Shown piece after piece: positions 20,601 through 30,400 of a stretch of 64,000 nt of DNA. The stretch lies in IMG/VR virus record IMGVR_UViG_3300023179_004209, positions 103,832 through 167,831 of that record. The stretch is one strand, 5' to 3'. Under the pieces are notes generated by a model. That model was not told the origin of the DNA. It saw only the letters and a list, made by a program, of their open reading frames with translations, and did no database searches. The first letter of the stretch is position 1; the number at the start of each line of letters is the position of its first letter. The position numbers and the translations under genes are program-made. The stretch comes from a virus. Its lineage: Duplodnaviria > Heunggongvirae > Uroviricota > Caudoviricetes.

Positions 20601-22249
20601 GTGCCATTATCATAAATTAAGCTATTTCCTAATTTATAACCAGCAGTAGCTTTAGGAATATAATTTGCAGTTAAATTTGTTTGTCCGTCAGGACCAGTAA
20701 TAATTTTACCGTTAACTGCACTTCCTGTCAAGAAAAAATAATCTCCTTCACCATCCCATAAAAATTGACTTAATGTATTACTACCACTATCATACATTTG
20801 AATACCAGCATATCTTTGATATGGACTCAAAGCATTCATTATCAGAATGTTATCAGTAACTGTCAAATTACTTGATGTAATGTAAATATTACTTGCACTA
20901 AATGCAGTTACTGAGCCATTGACCGCAAAATTTCCATTAACAGTTAAATTACCAGAGATAGTATCACCTGCTTGATTTACAGGTGTATATCCTAATCTAG
21001 CCGGTATATTTGTATAATATGATGCAGCTTGTGCATTTAATTGTGTAGCATTTGTTGCGGTGCCAGCAGTTAAATTCGTTGCTGTTCCTGTCAAACCTGT
21101 ACCAGCACCATAAAATATTCCTGCGGTTCTTATATCACTATTATTTCCCCCATTTCCACTTGTAGAAACGCCCCATTCACATATATGATCAAATGTTGTT
21201 GTACTAAATAATGTTCCAGGATTAAAAGTAATTGTTTCGGTGTTAAGTGGAAATATTTCTACTGCCAAATTCGTTGATGTACCACCGTCATGTTTTACTT
21301 GAAGTGTAAATGAAGCATCATTATTAGTAATAATTCTTATAGTTAATTTACTATAAAAACCAGAAATCGCATATACTATAATATCTTGGAAATGATTTAC
21401 TAAAATATCAGCAAGTACATTTACTACAACAGAATTACTTGTTCCATTGAAAGTGGCTCTAATCGCACTTGATAAATTATCTCCAACAACATTACATACT
21501 GTAGTCCATGCAGAACTAGTTACATTATTAATTGTACTTGTATATTTTCTTGATACTGTATCATCTACTGCTATAGTTCTATTTGCACTTAAATCTCCAC
21601 CTCCAGAAATACCAGTGCCTGCTGTAATTGTTCTTGATGTTGGTGTATATGTACTATTATCATAACTTATTGTTGTACCTGATATTTTTACAAAACCAGT
21701 GCCGTTCAATGCAGTTTGATAATATGACGCTGCTTGTCCATTTAATTGTGTAGAATTTATTGCAGTATTAGCATTAACCGCATTGGTAGCCCAACTACCT
21801 GTACCTGTTAAATTGCCTGTAAATGTACCAGTAATTGTTTTATTTGTAAGTGTCTGTGTACCAGTTAAAGTAACATAACTTGCAGCAGCTACACCACCTA
21901 AATTTGTAGAATCTGATGCTAATGTAGTTGTAGCAGCATTTCCAGATATATCAATTGTTGCTAAATTTGTAAATGGATTATATGTACCACCAGCACCATC
22001 CATCATCAATGTCTTTGTACCTGTTTCCGCAGAACCAGATGCTAAAACAAACGGATAATTTACATTACTATTATTAACAGTAACATTTATAACATTTAAC
22101 GGCGCAGAAATAGCAGCAGCAGAAAGTGGTGCGTCAAAGTTTACACCATTGTTTGCATCCAATGTAAATGAATGTCGTCTTGTTACTTGTGCAGAATTGT
22201 CAACGAATTCTAGTTTACCTGAACTTGGTGTTATAATAATGTCTGGCAT
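17669..22249 (-). CDS. Long mosaic tail fibre (1526 aa)
   Basis: VGIGT repeats, 'TQTLTNKT', GNAATAT, 'ARNIGGVSFNGSADI', NTGVTS repeats, knob-like domains. Confidence 0.85.
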   Translation of the reverse strand: MPDIIITPSSGKLEFVDNSAQVTRRHSFTLDANNGVNFDAPLSAAAISAPLNVINVTVNNSNVNYPFVLASGSAETGTKTLMMDGAGGTYNPFTNLATIDISGNAATTTLASDSTNLGGVAAASYVTLTGTQTLTNKTITGTFTGNLTGTGSWATNAVNANTAINSTQLNGQAASYYQTALNGTGFVKISGTTISYDNSTYTPTSRTITAGTGISGGGDLSANRTIAVDDTVSRKYTSTINNVTSSAWTTVCNVVGDNLSSAIRATFNGTSNSVVVNVLADILVNHFQDIIVYAISGFYSKLTIRIITNNDASFTLQVKHDGGTSTNLAVEIFPLNTETITFNPGTLFSTTTFDHICEWGVSTSGNGGNNSDIRTAGIFYGAGTGLTGTATNLTAGTATNATQLNAQAASYYTNIPARLGYTPVNQAGDTISGNLTVNGNFAVNGSVTAFSASNIYITSSNLTVTDNILIMNALSPYQRYAGIQMYDSGSNTLSQFLWDGEGDYFFLTGSAVNGKIITGPDGQTNLTANYIPKATAGYKLGNSLIYDNGTNVGIGTTSAAQKLDVVGNIRCVPASSAWAEGLSFSMPTTSSWGGLRWRRERGSADGNHYIGYIGTDTTDDLVFGSNNGGTQIDNNIRITKAGLVGIGTSSPSYKLDVGAAGNDVVSVRLTPGYERVRYYGFDLLGYNDGNLWMIGNNPTNTLVLGKTWDWDNQIGIAYTPGTIGNSGGILQIGQISKNNANYTHGITRLYTNGLERITIIANGNVGISTTLPTTPLHVVGVISGSSFSGAGTGLTGTASGLSIGGSAASSTTAGSATTVTGTNGQLLTKDIRTIAPNNISNGYLQFGFTSWTNNSTGPWADYLHLRSYTDATGGNDNLVMFRKDILGMRIWQQTFNSASAYSTYKDVCWTDGTNASGTWAITSSWAANAVTALNVGNGTITIAAGTGVGVGTTNTFTTNQSGATTVTITNTGVTSLTTNTGLSANVSATGAVTVTNTGVTSLAGTTNQVSVNSSTGGITISLPQNIHTGATPTFASVTATSFTGSFTGSGIIATNTNTADSAPFFTLNGATNTERAIIIQDAGTNKWWFGRDNNGTVQTGIGFYNYGTSNFEFYITDAGTAVFRNAINGSISGNAATTTTLQTARNIGGVSFNGSADINLPGVNTAGNQNTSGNAATATNSTQLGGVTKVQLFNNTGNNHTTYTTFGALPDFGFYFMQGQNAADAPAGQPANQYYVISMGLGNDYAYSAYVNQIAFPRINVGGGNNYLWIRQKESNTWGSWGKVYAGYADSAAIWTTARTLTIGSTGKSVNGSADVSWTLAELGAAATNQTMYIGTTAVAINRTSSALSLTGVSIDGNAATATTATTANALNTGNSYTGVNFTATGYLQTNLGQIKSDTSFALLTTTNGAQSVSVRGILLGTSYDTTPGSNEIRTTNNTSLYLNARGTGDIQFQTADSLKMMLLNNGNVGIGTSNPGRKLDVEGIVRTRGASGTGGFEISAATTGTAKWRIEWDSASDSLDFNWVG

Positions 22250-22255
22250 ATTTTA

Positions 22256-22263
22256 TATAAATA
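22256..22263 (-). promoter_or_regulatory. TATTTATA late-gene motif
   Basis: Exact match 6 nt before the ATG at 22249. Confidence 0.7.
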
Positions 22264-25200
22264 TTAAAGTTCTGTGTTTAATTCAGGTACATCTGCTCTT
22301 ATTGCTGTAAAATCCCAGAAAAAGTCATAATCTTTATATGATTCAAACAATGCTTTATCATATGCAATTGTAAAATAATTTTCTGGTATATTGATATCAT
22401 CAACATATAGTGTTTTATTACACTTTATTCCCGTCAATTGTATATTTACACTGTCATGTAATATCAATTTATAAATGTATTCTGGTAATTCTACTTTACA
22501 TTTACCATCTTTTAATGTATCTCTTCCAGTCAATCTGATACCATGATATGGACTTTCTAATGAACCATATATAAGTTTCTTTCCTTTCTTTGTAGGATGA
22601 TCAATAATGAAACTCTTGGTTGTTGCACCAAAACTACCACTTACATACAATCTATATGTTCCAACATTACTATCACCAATACCTACTGCACCACTTCCAC
22701 TTACATACAATATCGCACCGCTAATAGGACTCTTTATATTCAATAAAGCACTATTACTTGATCCGGTAATTTCTAACTTAGCAGCAGGAGCCGCAGTACC
22801 AATACCAACTCTACCGTCATAATCAAATGTTGTATGTTTTAACCAAGCATTTGCTGAATTATATGACCATAAATCTAATCCAGTACCACCCGAATTTAAT
22901 TGTAAATTAAATGCTCTTGTATTACCTCCATTTGCCAAATAAACTTGTGTTTGTATTGTATCCGCACCATTTTTATATGATGCTAATGCACCGTAAACAG
23001 TAAGTTTATCGGTTGCATTTGTAGTACCAATACCAACATTTCCAGATTGAACTAGAAAATTGCCTGTTTCAATTGAAGATGTTGCAGGAGCAGAAACATT
23101 GCTTATTTTAAATACCAATGTACCGTCAGCAGATAACCCAAGTGTTTTTGTTGATGGACGATAAATACCTGTTGTAGGTATTGTACCAGCACCTGTTACA
23201 TCAACATATGCAGATGTCAACCCTGCAACTGTATATGTATTACTTACATTTAATGCATTTGCAGTACCAACAGTTAAACTAGCTGCAGTTCCTGTTAAAC
23301 CTGTACCTGCACCAACAAATGTTGATGCGCTAACAGGAAAAACAAAATAAGCAGATCCGTTTCCATCGCCAGATTCAAAAAGCAATCTTCCACCGGTTGG
23401 TGTAATACTCCAAGAACGAACGCCAAGTTCGTTAGTTCCAATTTTACCTGCTGTACCACTTCCAGCAATATTAACTCCGATAGAATTAACTTGATAATTA
23501 TTTGATGTATTTAACGCATTTGCAGTTTGTGCAGTTGTTGCATAACTTGCACTAACAACATTGCTAGCCCAACTACTTGTTCCTAAGAAACCAACCGCAT
23601 TACTTATGCTTGAAGTAAAACTGCTGCCACTGATGTTGCCATTAACTTGTAATGTTGCAACAGGAGATGTTGTACCTACACCAACATTTCCTCCGTTTGG
23701 ATTTAATACTAAACTATAATAAGTAGCAGCAGATGATTTTCTTGGTTGTATCCAAGCATAAGCAGTTGAAGTTGCATCAACGCCAAATGTATTTACAACA
23801 TCAGTCGTTGTATTTCCTAATATGAAAATACCGTTTGCATTTGTTGAACTTGTGGCAGGTCCATAATATGGAGCTGCTGTAGAATTAACTTGTAATTTTC
23901 CTATTACAGTAGAAGTACCTACACCAAGATTTCCAGATCCATCAATTCTAACTCTTTCAATTGGAAGAAGCGCAGAGTCATTTGCACTACCACTACCAAC
24001 ATTAAATGCTAGAAATTCTGTTCCCCATGTACCATATGTACCGTCCGCAAATCCTGTAATAATAGTTGATGTTCTTCTAGCACCTACATCTGATGGATAA
24101 TTATAAAATGTAGTATAAAAATCAATATAAGCTTTACGACTTGTACCACCATCATTAGCTCTTAATGTTAAAGTTGGATTTGTATCGTTTATTTGTAATT
24201 TTGATCCAGGACTACTTGTTCCAATACCAACACTTGAACTTGGAAATGTAACACTGTCATCAGCAGCACTGATTTGCATTCTTAATTGATTCAAATCATT
24301 TGTTATTTGAAAATGACCAGTAGTTCCACTATTTAATACATTTTTACCGATCTTCCAATCTCTGCCAGGATTAGAACCAATATAAATATAACTTGTATAA
24401 CCACTGCCTGTTGTATTAACAAATGTAGCAATCTTACCATCTGTACTGCTTTGTTTTTCAAACGAAGCAGCAACTTGTCCCGCAACTTCTGTTGGACCAC
24501 CATTAACTTGTAATTTATAAGTCGGAGCACTTGAACCTATACCAACATATCCAGTAGAATTAATTGTAACTTTTTCACTTCCGCCTGTAACTAATCCGAT
24601 TGTATCTGCACCAGAAGAATATATTCCTGTATTTGTATCACCAACAAATGCGATACCTGGAATTGATGTAGTACCTGTTGTAGCAAGAATCTGATAACCA
24701 GATCCCATTGATAAAGTTCCATTATTAGTTAATCCAGAAACTGTATAACTATTAGCTGTATTTAACGCATTTGCAGTTTGTGCGGTTGTTGCATAGCTTG
24801 CACTAACTACATTGTTAGCCCAACTACTTGTTCCAAATAAACTACTTGTAATAGCATTAACTGTAAAATTACCTGAAGAATCTAAAGATGCCACGGAATT
24901 TAAAGCAACAGGACTATTTGCTACTACAGTAGAAGATCCAGTAGAAGAATACCAGTAATGAACATTTCCTCTAATTGTATAAGCTCCTCTAGATACATTT
25001 ATACCCGTTGAACTTACAAATGTTCCTGCTGATGCTGATGGCCAAACTGCATATCCCAAAACAGGTCCACCATTGCTATATTCACCTCCTAATGTAACCA
25101 ATGCACCGTCGTTATAATATCCCGCAAGGATTTTTGATGCTTGAACAGAAACTTTATCTCCTGATGTAATATACCCACTTCTTACATCAAGCAACGATGC

Positions 25201-26829
25201 AGGAGATGTTGTACCTATACCAACACTTCCACTTAGAAAATAAAAACTTCCATTATTATTATTATCAAAATAAAATCTTATATTTGAAGATGCATCCACC
25301 AATCTCGCTGGATAATTGTTAAAAGTAAATTGCGTATTATCCCAATACCAACCCAATGTAGAATTATTTGGAGCATATGCTCTAACTTGACCAGATGAAC
25401 CACCAAATCCACCAGCTCCATTGAAATATAAATCTGGGGTTGTGGCATTACCATCACCAACAACATTGGCCGATCCACTAACATCCAATTTATAAGCAGG
25501 ACTTGTTGTACCTATACCAACATTGCCATTTATATCAATTCTTAATTGTTCTGAATATGAAGTACTTCCAGAAACTTTTCCTATTGCAAAATATTGATTG
25601 GAAGATACACCGTGTCCCCATATTAAATTTGATTCACTAAACCCATTACTATAATTTGTTCCAATTGATACACCAGTGGTAAATCCCGTTGGTAAATTAG
25701 CCCCAACATTACCATTAAACCATGACCAATTATTTCCATTTGCCGCTTTAAAAACTTGAAATAATGTACCAGGAACTGTTGTACCAATACCAACATTACC
25801 ATCATCTTTTACTATTAATTTTGTAGAATAAGCACTAGTTGGAGTTTGTATTAAAAAGTCACCATCATCATTTCCTAAGAAAACATTGTCACCAGATGAA
25901 TCTATTAATGATATAAAACAACTACTAGCTGAACTCTTGAATGTACCAATTGTAGAAGTTGACCCACTAATTCTTAAATCACCATAAACATCTAATTTAT
26001 ATCCAGGACTTGTTGTTCCAATACCAACATTACCGCCGGCATCAATTCGCATCCATTCGGCCATTGTTCCGGCTGTATTTGTAGTAGCAAATTGTAAATA
26101 CCCCGCATTACTACTAGATAATGCGTTTGTTTTTCTACCTGCTATTTGACCGAATGATTGATAACTACTTGTATTATAAGTTCCACCTAAACCTATTGCA
26201 CCACCAACATCAGCAGCAAATGAAGCACTAGTCCATACTCTTAATACATTATTTCCTGCTCCGTTATCAGTTGCAGGATTTGTAGGAAATTGTACTTCTA
26301 ATCTACTGCCAGGATTTGTTGTACCTATACCAACATTATTAGTTGCTCTATTTATTGTAATAGCATCTGCTGATAATGCCGAATTGTATATTCGGAACAT
26401 GTCATTATTAGCTCCGTTAACATATTGATTTTCCAATGACCAAGTAGTATATGTGCCTACTAAATCTACTTTTGCAGAAGCTACAGAATTTCCTTGTACT
26501 CTTATAGTGGGTGTAGCACCATATACGTGTAACAAAGCACCAGGAGCAGTTGTACCAATGCCAACTATACCAAAACTGCTTGTACCACTTGCACTAATAT
26601 TGCTTGCGGTAAGATTAGTAATTATGGAAGTGCTACCACTAACATAACTTGCAGTACCTACGGTGATACTATTTAGTGATGCGCTATTAATACGAGCGGT
26701 ACTATCAAAATAAATGAGAGAACTGGTTGCTGCAGCTATTTTAGTTTCTAAAAATGCTGTACCTGAACTACTTACTTGACTTAAGATTAAATCGCCGGTA
26801 TTATAAACTATTCCAGATCCTATTGGCAT
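22264..26829 (-). CDS. Long fibre with ~13 (G)NVGIGTT repeats (1521 aa)
   Basis: Repeated GNVGIGTTxP..L.V units; C-terminal 'KSFIIDHP...LESP' domain typical of fibre ends. Confidence 0.85.
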   Translation of the reverse strand: MPIGSGIVYNTGDLILSQVSSSGTAFLETKIAAATSSLIYFDSTARINSASLNSITVGTASYVSGSTSIITNLTASNISASGTSSFGIVGIGTTAPGALLHVYGATPTIRVQGNSVASAKVDLVGTYTTWSLENQYVNGANNDMFRIYNSALSADAITINRATNNVGIGTTNPGSRLEVQFPTNPATDNGAGNNVLRVWTSASFAADVGGAIGLGGTYNTSSYQSFGQIAGRKTNALSSSNAGYLQFATTNTAGTMAEWMRIDAGGNVGIGTTSPGYKLDVYGDLRISGSTSTIGTFKSSASSCFISLIDSSGDNVFLGNDDGDFLIQTPTSAYSTKLIVKDDGNVGIGTTVPGTLFQVFKAANGNNWSWFNGNVGANLPTGFTTGVSIGTNYSNGFSESNLIWGHGVSSNQYFAIGKVSGSTSYSEQLRIDINGNVGIGTTSPAYKLDVSGSANVVGDGNATTPDLYFNGAGGFGGSSGQVRAYAPNNSTLGWYWDNTQFTFNNYPARLVDASSNIRFYFDNNNNGSFYFLSGSVGIGTTSPASLLDVRSGYITSGDKVSVQASKILAGYYNDGALVTLGGEYSNGGPVLGYAVWPSASAGTFVSSTGINVSRGAYTIRGNVHYWYSSTGSSTVVANSPVALNSVASLDSSGNFTVNAITSSLFGTSSWANNVVSASYATTAQTANALNTANSYTVSGLTNNGTLSMGSGYQILATTGTTSIPGIAFVGDTNTGIYSSGADTIGLVTGGSEKVTINSTGYVGIGSSAPTYKLQVNGGPTEVAGQVAASFEKQSSTDGKIATFVNTTGSGYTSYIYIGSNPGRDWKIGKNVLNSGTTGHFQITNDLNQLRMQISAADDSVTFPSSSVGIGTSSPGSKLQINDTNPTLTLRANDGGTSRKAYIDFYTTFYNYPSDVGARRTSTIITGFADGTYGTWGTEFLAFNVGSGSANDSALLPIERVRIDGSGNLGVGTSTVIGKLQVNSTAAPYYGPATSSTNANGIFILGNTTTDVVNTFGVDATSTAYAWIQPRKSSAATYYSLVLNPNGGNVGVGTTSPVATLQVNGNISGSSFTSSISNAVGFLGTSSWASNVVSASYATTAQTANALNTSNNYQVNSIGVNIAGSGTAGKIGTNELGVRSWSITPTGGRLLFESGDGNGSAYFVFPVSASTFVGAGTGLTGTAASLTVGTANALNVSNTYTVAGLTSAYVDVTGAGTIPTTGIYRPSTKTLGLSADGTLVFKISNVSAPATSSIETGNFLVQSGNVGIGTTNATDKLTVYGALASYKNGADTIQTQVYLANGGNTRAFNLQLNSGGTGLDLWSYNSANAWLKHTTFDYDGRVGIGTAAPAAKLEITGSSNSALLNIKSPISGAILYVSGSGAVGIGDSNVGTYRLYVSGSFGATTKSFIIDHPTKKGKKLIYGSLESPYHGIRLTGRDTLKDGKCKVELPEYIYKLILHDSVNIQLTGIKCNKTLYVDDINIPENYFTIAYDKALFESYKDYDFFWDFTAIRADVPELNTEL

Positions 26830-26833
26830 ATTG

Positions 26834-26867
26834 TATAAATATTACTTTATTTATGTTTATATAAATA
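26834..26867 (-). promoter_or_regulatory. Two TATTTATA motifs (26834-26841, 26860-26867)
   Basis: Exact matches between the terminator and the ATG at 26829. Confidence 0.7.
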
Positions 26868-26869
26868 TA

Positions 26870-26899
26870 ATAACCCAAGAGGTTTATTTCTTGGGTTAT
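26870..26899 (-). terminator. Probable intrinsic terminator
   Basis: Stem ATAACCCAAGA / TCTTGGGTTAT downstream of 26933..29158; weak U-tail. Confidence 0.6.
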
Positions 26900-26932
26900 C
26901 ACTTTATTTACACTTTTATTGGTTATTTTATA

Positions 26933-29158
26933 TTAGAGTGACCAGTTTGAAATCGGTACTCTCTTCCAAATATTATTGGTATATACATATATAAAATTAT
27001 TATCAACGTTAATTTGACCAGGCATACCACTCGCAGTAGGATGTGATGGGACAATCCCTCCACCTAAAGGTGCGCTTCCTGTAGAAATAGTTAATGTTGT
27101 AAATGAACCAGTAACATAAGTTACTAAAGCACCAGTAATATATGTTATACTTCCAGTAGTAGCCGTAATTTTGCTTGAACTAATAGTTGTTCCTGTATAA
27201 GCTAATGTTGTTCCATCATCACTTATTAATGAATTAATAATTCCATTAACATCATATGCTTTTGGTATTCTATTAACAGTTAAAGATGGAATAGCACTAC
27301 CAAACGACGCAGTTGGACCAATAATAATATTGCTTGCAGTACTATTTTGATCAATTGTTATCCAATTATCTTGATCACCGTCCCATAATAATGATGCGCT
27401 TCTTTGATTGCTGCCACTATCATATACTTCAAAACCAGCATATCGTTCATATGGAAAATATGCATTTAATTGAATGATGTTATCATTAATAATGACCGTA
27501 CTGGAACTGATATAAACTACACTTGAACTACCAAATACAGTAAAATCCCCAGCAACATTTAATGAACCTGAAATCCATGTATCCTTGCTAATTCTAGCAC
27601 CACCATCAACTCTCAATGCGGCAACTGAATCAGTATAACTCGTAGCATTTGTTGCATTAGTAATTGCTGTAGTTAATTCTGTATAGACACCAGTATTAAC
27701 GCCTTGTCCAGTAAGCACTCTAAAACCATTACTATTTTTACCAACATATAATGATGCGGTATCATTACTAGATGGTTGTCCAATTTGAACAGTAGCTCCG
27801 CCGTTATCATTTGCATTATATAGTGCAATTGAATTTGGATTTGTACCATTATCATTGCTAATATACAATGAACCAGTTGTATTGCCTACAATAACTCTAT
27901 TTAATAATGGATTATAAGATAAAACATCCGCATCAGCTTTTAACGAATTGCTGCCAGTATTATTGACAAAAGTTACATAATATGTACTATTATCATTTAT
28001 AGCACCAATACTTGAACTTATTGCAATGTTTGTCCAACTTGATGTTCCTAATAAACTTCCTGTAAATCTTGAAGCAATTATTTGTCCACTTGCACTAATA
28101 TTGCTTGCGGTAATATTTGAACCAACTATATTTGAACTAGAACTAATGTTTGGTGCGATTAATTGATTTTGTATTAGTGTATATCCACTTCCACTGCCTA
28201 TTACTATTGCAGTACCATCAAGAGCAAAATTTAATGTTTGAACTCCTGTTTTAAGTAAATCAAACGCAGCATCCGCAGAACCAATTATTCCAATACTAGG
28301 ATGCATGATGTAAAGTCCAGATGAAGTAATTACTCCACTTGCACTAATATTGCTTGCGGTAATATTTGTAGCAATATAATTTGTACCAGCAATTATACCA
28401 TTACTTGCACTGATTGCATATGATGCTTGAGACCCAACCGCATTAATTGATAACGCAACTGAACTACCAGTTGATACGGTTGAATTAATACTGAACATTA
28501 CATCTGACCCAGTTGTAGCAGTACTTGTAAAATTAATATCTGGCGAAGTCAATGAGCCCGTTGCCATGGTTTCAGTATAAGTCATACTGTTGTTAAACCA
28601 GACATTGCTTGCACTTAATGTATTGCTTGCACTAACATTACTTGCAGTTAAATTTGTTGAAAATACATTTGATAATGTACTATTACCTATTACTGCAAGT
28701 GTACCCGTAATATATTCATTACTTGATGTAATATTTGCACTTGCACTTACTAACCCACTAAATGTAGCTGTAGTACCTGTTAATCCTGCCAATGTTGTCG
28801 ATCCAACAACAGTAAGAGTACCAGCATCTTGTATTGCGCTTGCAGTCAATCCCGCACTTGCACTTACTAAACCACTCAATGTTGATGCGCCAAGGACTAT
28901 AAGAGAACCGACATCAGTAATATTAGTTTTTACCCATACATTGCTTGCACTAATATAACCGCTAGCACTAATATTGCTAGCGGTAATATTATTTATATTT
29001 ATATCAGACGAACCGATTAATGTTCCCGTAGTATCTGTTTGTAAAATAAGTCGTGAACCGCTAATAATAGTTTCAACAAATGGTGCTTGTCCACCCTGTA
29101 AAGACGCAGACGTTTGAGGGATTACTATGTTAAGAATGTTAGAATTGGGGTATGGCAT
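26933..29158 (-). CDS. Fibre-like structural protein (741 aa), possibly collar/whisker
   Basis: NITASNISASG repeats; segment paralogous to the 1526-aa fibre; adjacent to the neck genes. Confidence 0.7.
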   Translation of the reverse strand: MPYPNSNILNIVIPQTSASLQGGQAPFVETIISGSRLILQTDTTGTLIGSSDININNITASNISASGYISASNVWVKTNITDVGSLIVLGASTLSGLVSASAGLTASAIQDAGTLTVVGSTTLAGLTGTTATFSGLVSASANITSSNEYITGTLAVIGNSTLSNVFSTNLTASNVSASNTLSASNVWFNNSMTYTETMATGSLTSPDINFTSTATTGSDVMFSINSTVSTGSSVALSINAVGSQASYAISASNGIIAGTNYIATNITASNISASGVITSSGLYIMHPSIGIIGSADAAFDLLKTGVQTLNFALDGTAIVIGSGSGYTLIQNQLIAPNISSSSNIVGSNITASNISASGQIIASRFTGSLLGTSSWTNIAISSSIGAINDNSTYYVTFVNNTGSNSLKADADVLSYNPLLNRVIVGNTTGSLYISNDNGTNPNSIALYNANDNGGATVQIGQPSSNDTASLYVGKNSNGFRVLTGQGVNTGVYTELTTAITNATNATSYTDSVAALRVDGGARISKDTWISGSLNVAGDFTVFGSSSVVYISSSTVIINDNIIQLNAYFPYERYAGFEVYDSGSNQRSASLLWDGDQDNWITIDQNSTASNIIIGPTASFGSAIPSLTVNRIPKAYDVNGIINSLISDDGTTLAYTGTTISSSKITATTGSITYITGALVTYVTGSFTTLTISTGSAPLGGGIVPSHPTASGMPGQINVDNNFIYVYTNNIWKRVPISNWSL

Positions 29159-29179
29159 ATAATTTCTTCTTTATCTAGT

Positions 29180-29193
29180 TATAAATATAAATA
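29180..29193 (-). promoter_or_regulatory. Overlapping tandem TATTTATA motifs
   Basis: Exact matches upstream of 29158. Confidence 0.7.
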
Positions 29194-29222
29194 TAAAAGA
29201 TATTAATATATAATTCTTAATT

Positions 29223-30398
29223 TTATGCAGTCCAATCCGCAATAGATTGTCTCAACCATCTTCCACCGGCATAAATGTAATGATAATCGCCATCATATGC
29301 CATCCAACCTGGTTCACCATAATCATTTGGTGTATTTGGAACATCATGCCAAATAGTAACTTGTTGTGATCCACTGACAGTTAAATTTATTGTTTGTTGA
29401 ATCAATGCTGCATAACTTTGTCTAATTGTAGTAATTGTTTCACCTGCCGCAGTTGTAGATTGTTCATTGGCAATTGTAGGCTTAGGAAATCTCCATTCAC
29501 TATCATTTTCAACCAATGGATTGATGCTATAATATGGATTTCCTTTATTACTATAAGTATTATCTTTAACTTTTTGATTGATTTTTGACATCTCAGTACT
29601 ACTAACAATTTCTGCTGTTAATTTTACTTGTTTTGGTGTCAATAATCGTTGAACTGTTTGTTTTCTATCTTCAAAAGATTCTGGTAACAAATAAGCATTA
29701 GTAGTCAAAGTAAATGTACTTCTAACCATTCTATCTTTCTCACCACTACTTTCTATAGTATTAGTGTAATTATCAATTTTAACTCTGAAGTTAAATCTTT
29801 GTTTGTCACCCCAATAATCTCCTTCTGCAAAATTAATCTTTTCTAATATTGCATTGTTTTGTTCAACATATTCGGTCCATACAATAAATTCATATTCTGC
29901 CTTAATATGATCAGGCATTGTTACTGCAAATATTTGATTGGTAGGAGCAACAGTTTTATTCAACAAACTAAATTTATCGTATTTGTTCTTTTCATTGAAT
30001 TTGGTCATTACCGGATAACTCAAATAACGATTAAATGTTTGATATCCTTCATCTTTTGCAAATGATGTTCTCTTGACCATTATTAATGGTATTTGTAATT
30101 TTCCTTGTTGATCTCTTAAACCGCCTTGAGCTTTTGCTGCATACCATTTTTCAGGATTACCATATATAATTGGCACTTTTATATTTTCACCTGCGTCAAT
30201 TACAGTAGGATTGATTACATTTTGTATATAACTAATCAATGCAGTATCAACATCCAATAGACTAACGGTAAAATTTTTCTTTGGATCTTCATCTCTTCTA
30301 GTATCCAATGCAATGTTTCTTACATTAGATGCAATAGGATTGTTCTTTTCAACATTGTTATTTGTTGGTACTGGATTGTTTTTATTACCTTCCCACAT
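29223..30398 (-). CDS. gp15: Tail terminator / sheath stabiliser (T4 gp15-like) with C-terminal extension
   Basis: 'IKVPIIYGNPEKW', 'IPLIMVKRTS', 'PDHIKAEYEFIVWT..QNNAILEKI'; syntenic after gp13/gp14-like genes. Confidence 0.7.
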   Translation of the reverse strand: MWEGNKNNPVPTNNNVEKNNPIASNVRNIALDTRRDEDPKKNFTVSLLDVDTALISYIQNVINPTVIDAGENIKVPIIYGNPEKWYAAKAQGGLRDQQGKLQIPLIMVKRTSFAKDEGYQTFNRYLSYPVMTKFNEKNKYDKFSLLNKTVAPTNQIFAVTMPDHIKAEYEFIVWTEYVEQNNAILEKINFAEGDYWGDKQRFNFRVKIDNYTNTIESSGEKDRMVRSTFTLTTNAYLLPESFEDRKQTVQRLLTPKQVKLTAEIVSSTEMSKINQKVKDNTYSNKGNPYYSINPLVENDSEWRFPKPTIANEQSTTAAGETITTIRQSYAALIQQTINLTVSGSQQVTIWHDVPNTPNDYGEPGWMAYDGDYHYIYAGGRWLRQSIADWTA

Positions 30399-30400
30399 AA

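Noticed and set aside
23506-24834. 78-bp near-identical repeat pair (23506-23583, 24757-24834) as a DGR template/variable pair
   Set aside because: Only 4 mismatches, not all at adenines on either strand and mostly synonymous; both copies are internal shaft modules of one ORF; no reverse transcriptase in the window
9168-26829. Invertase-driven shufflon for fibre switching
   Set aside because: The repeats found are direct rather than inverted, there are no silent opposite-strand cassettes and no recombinase is present
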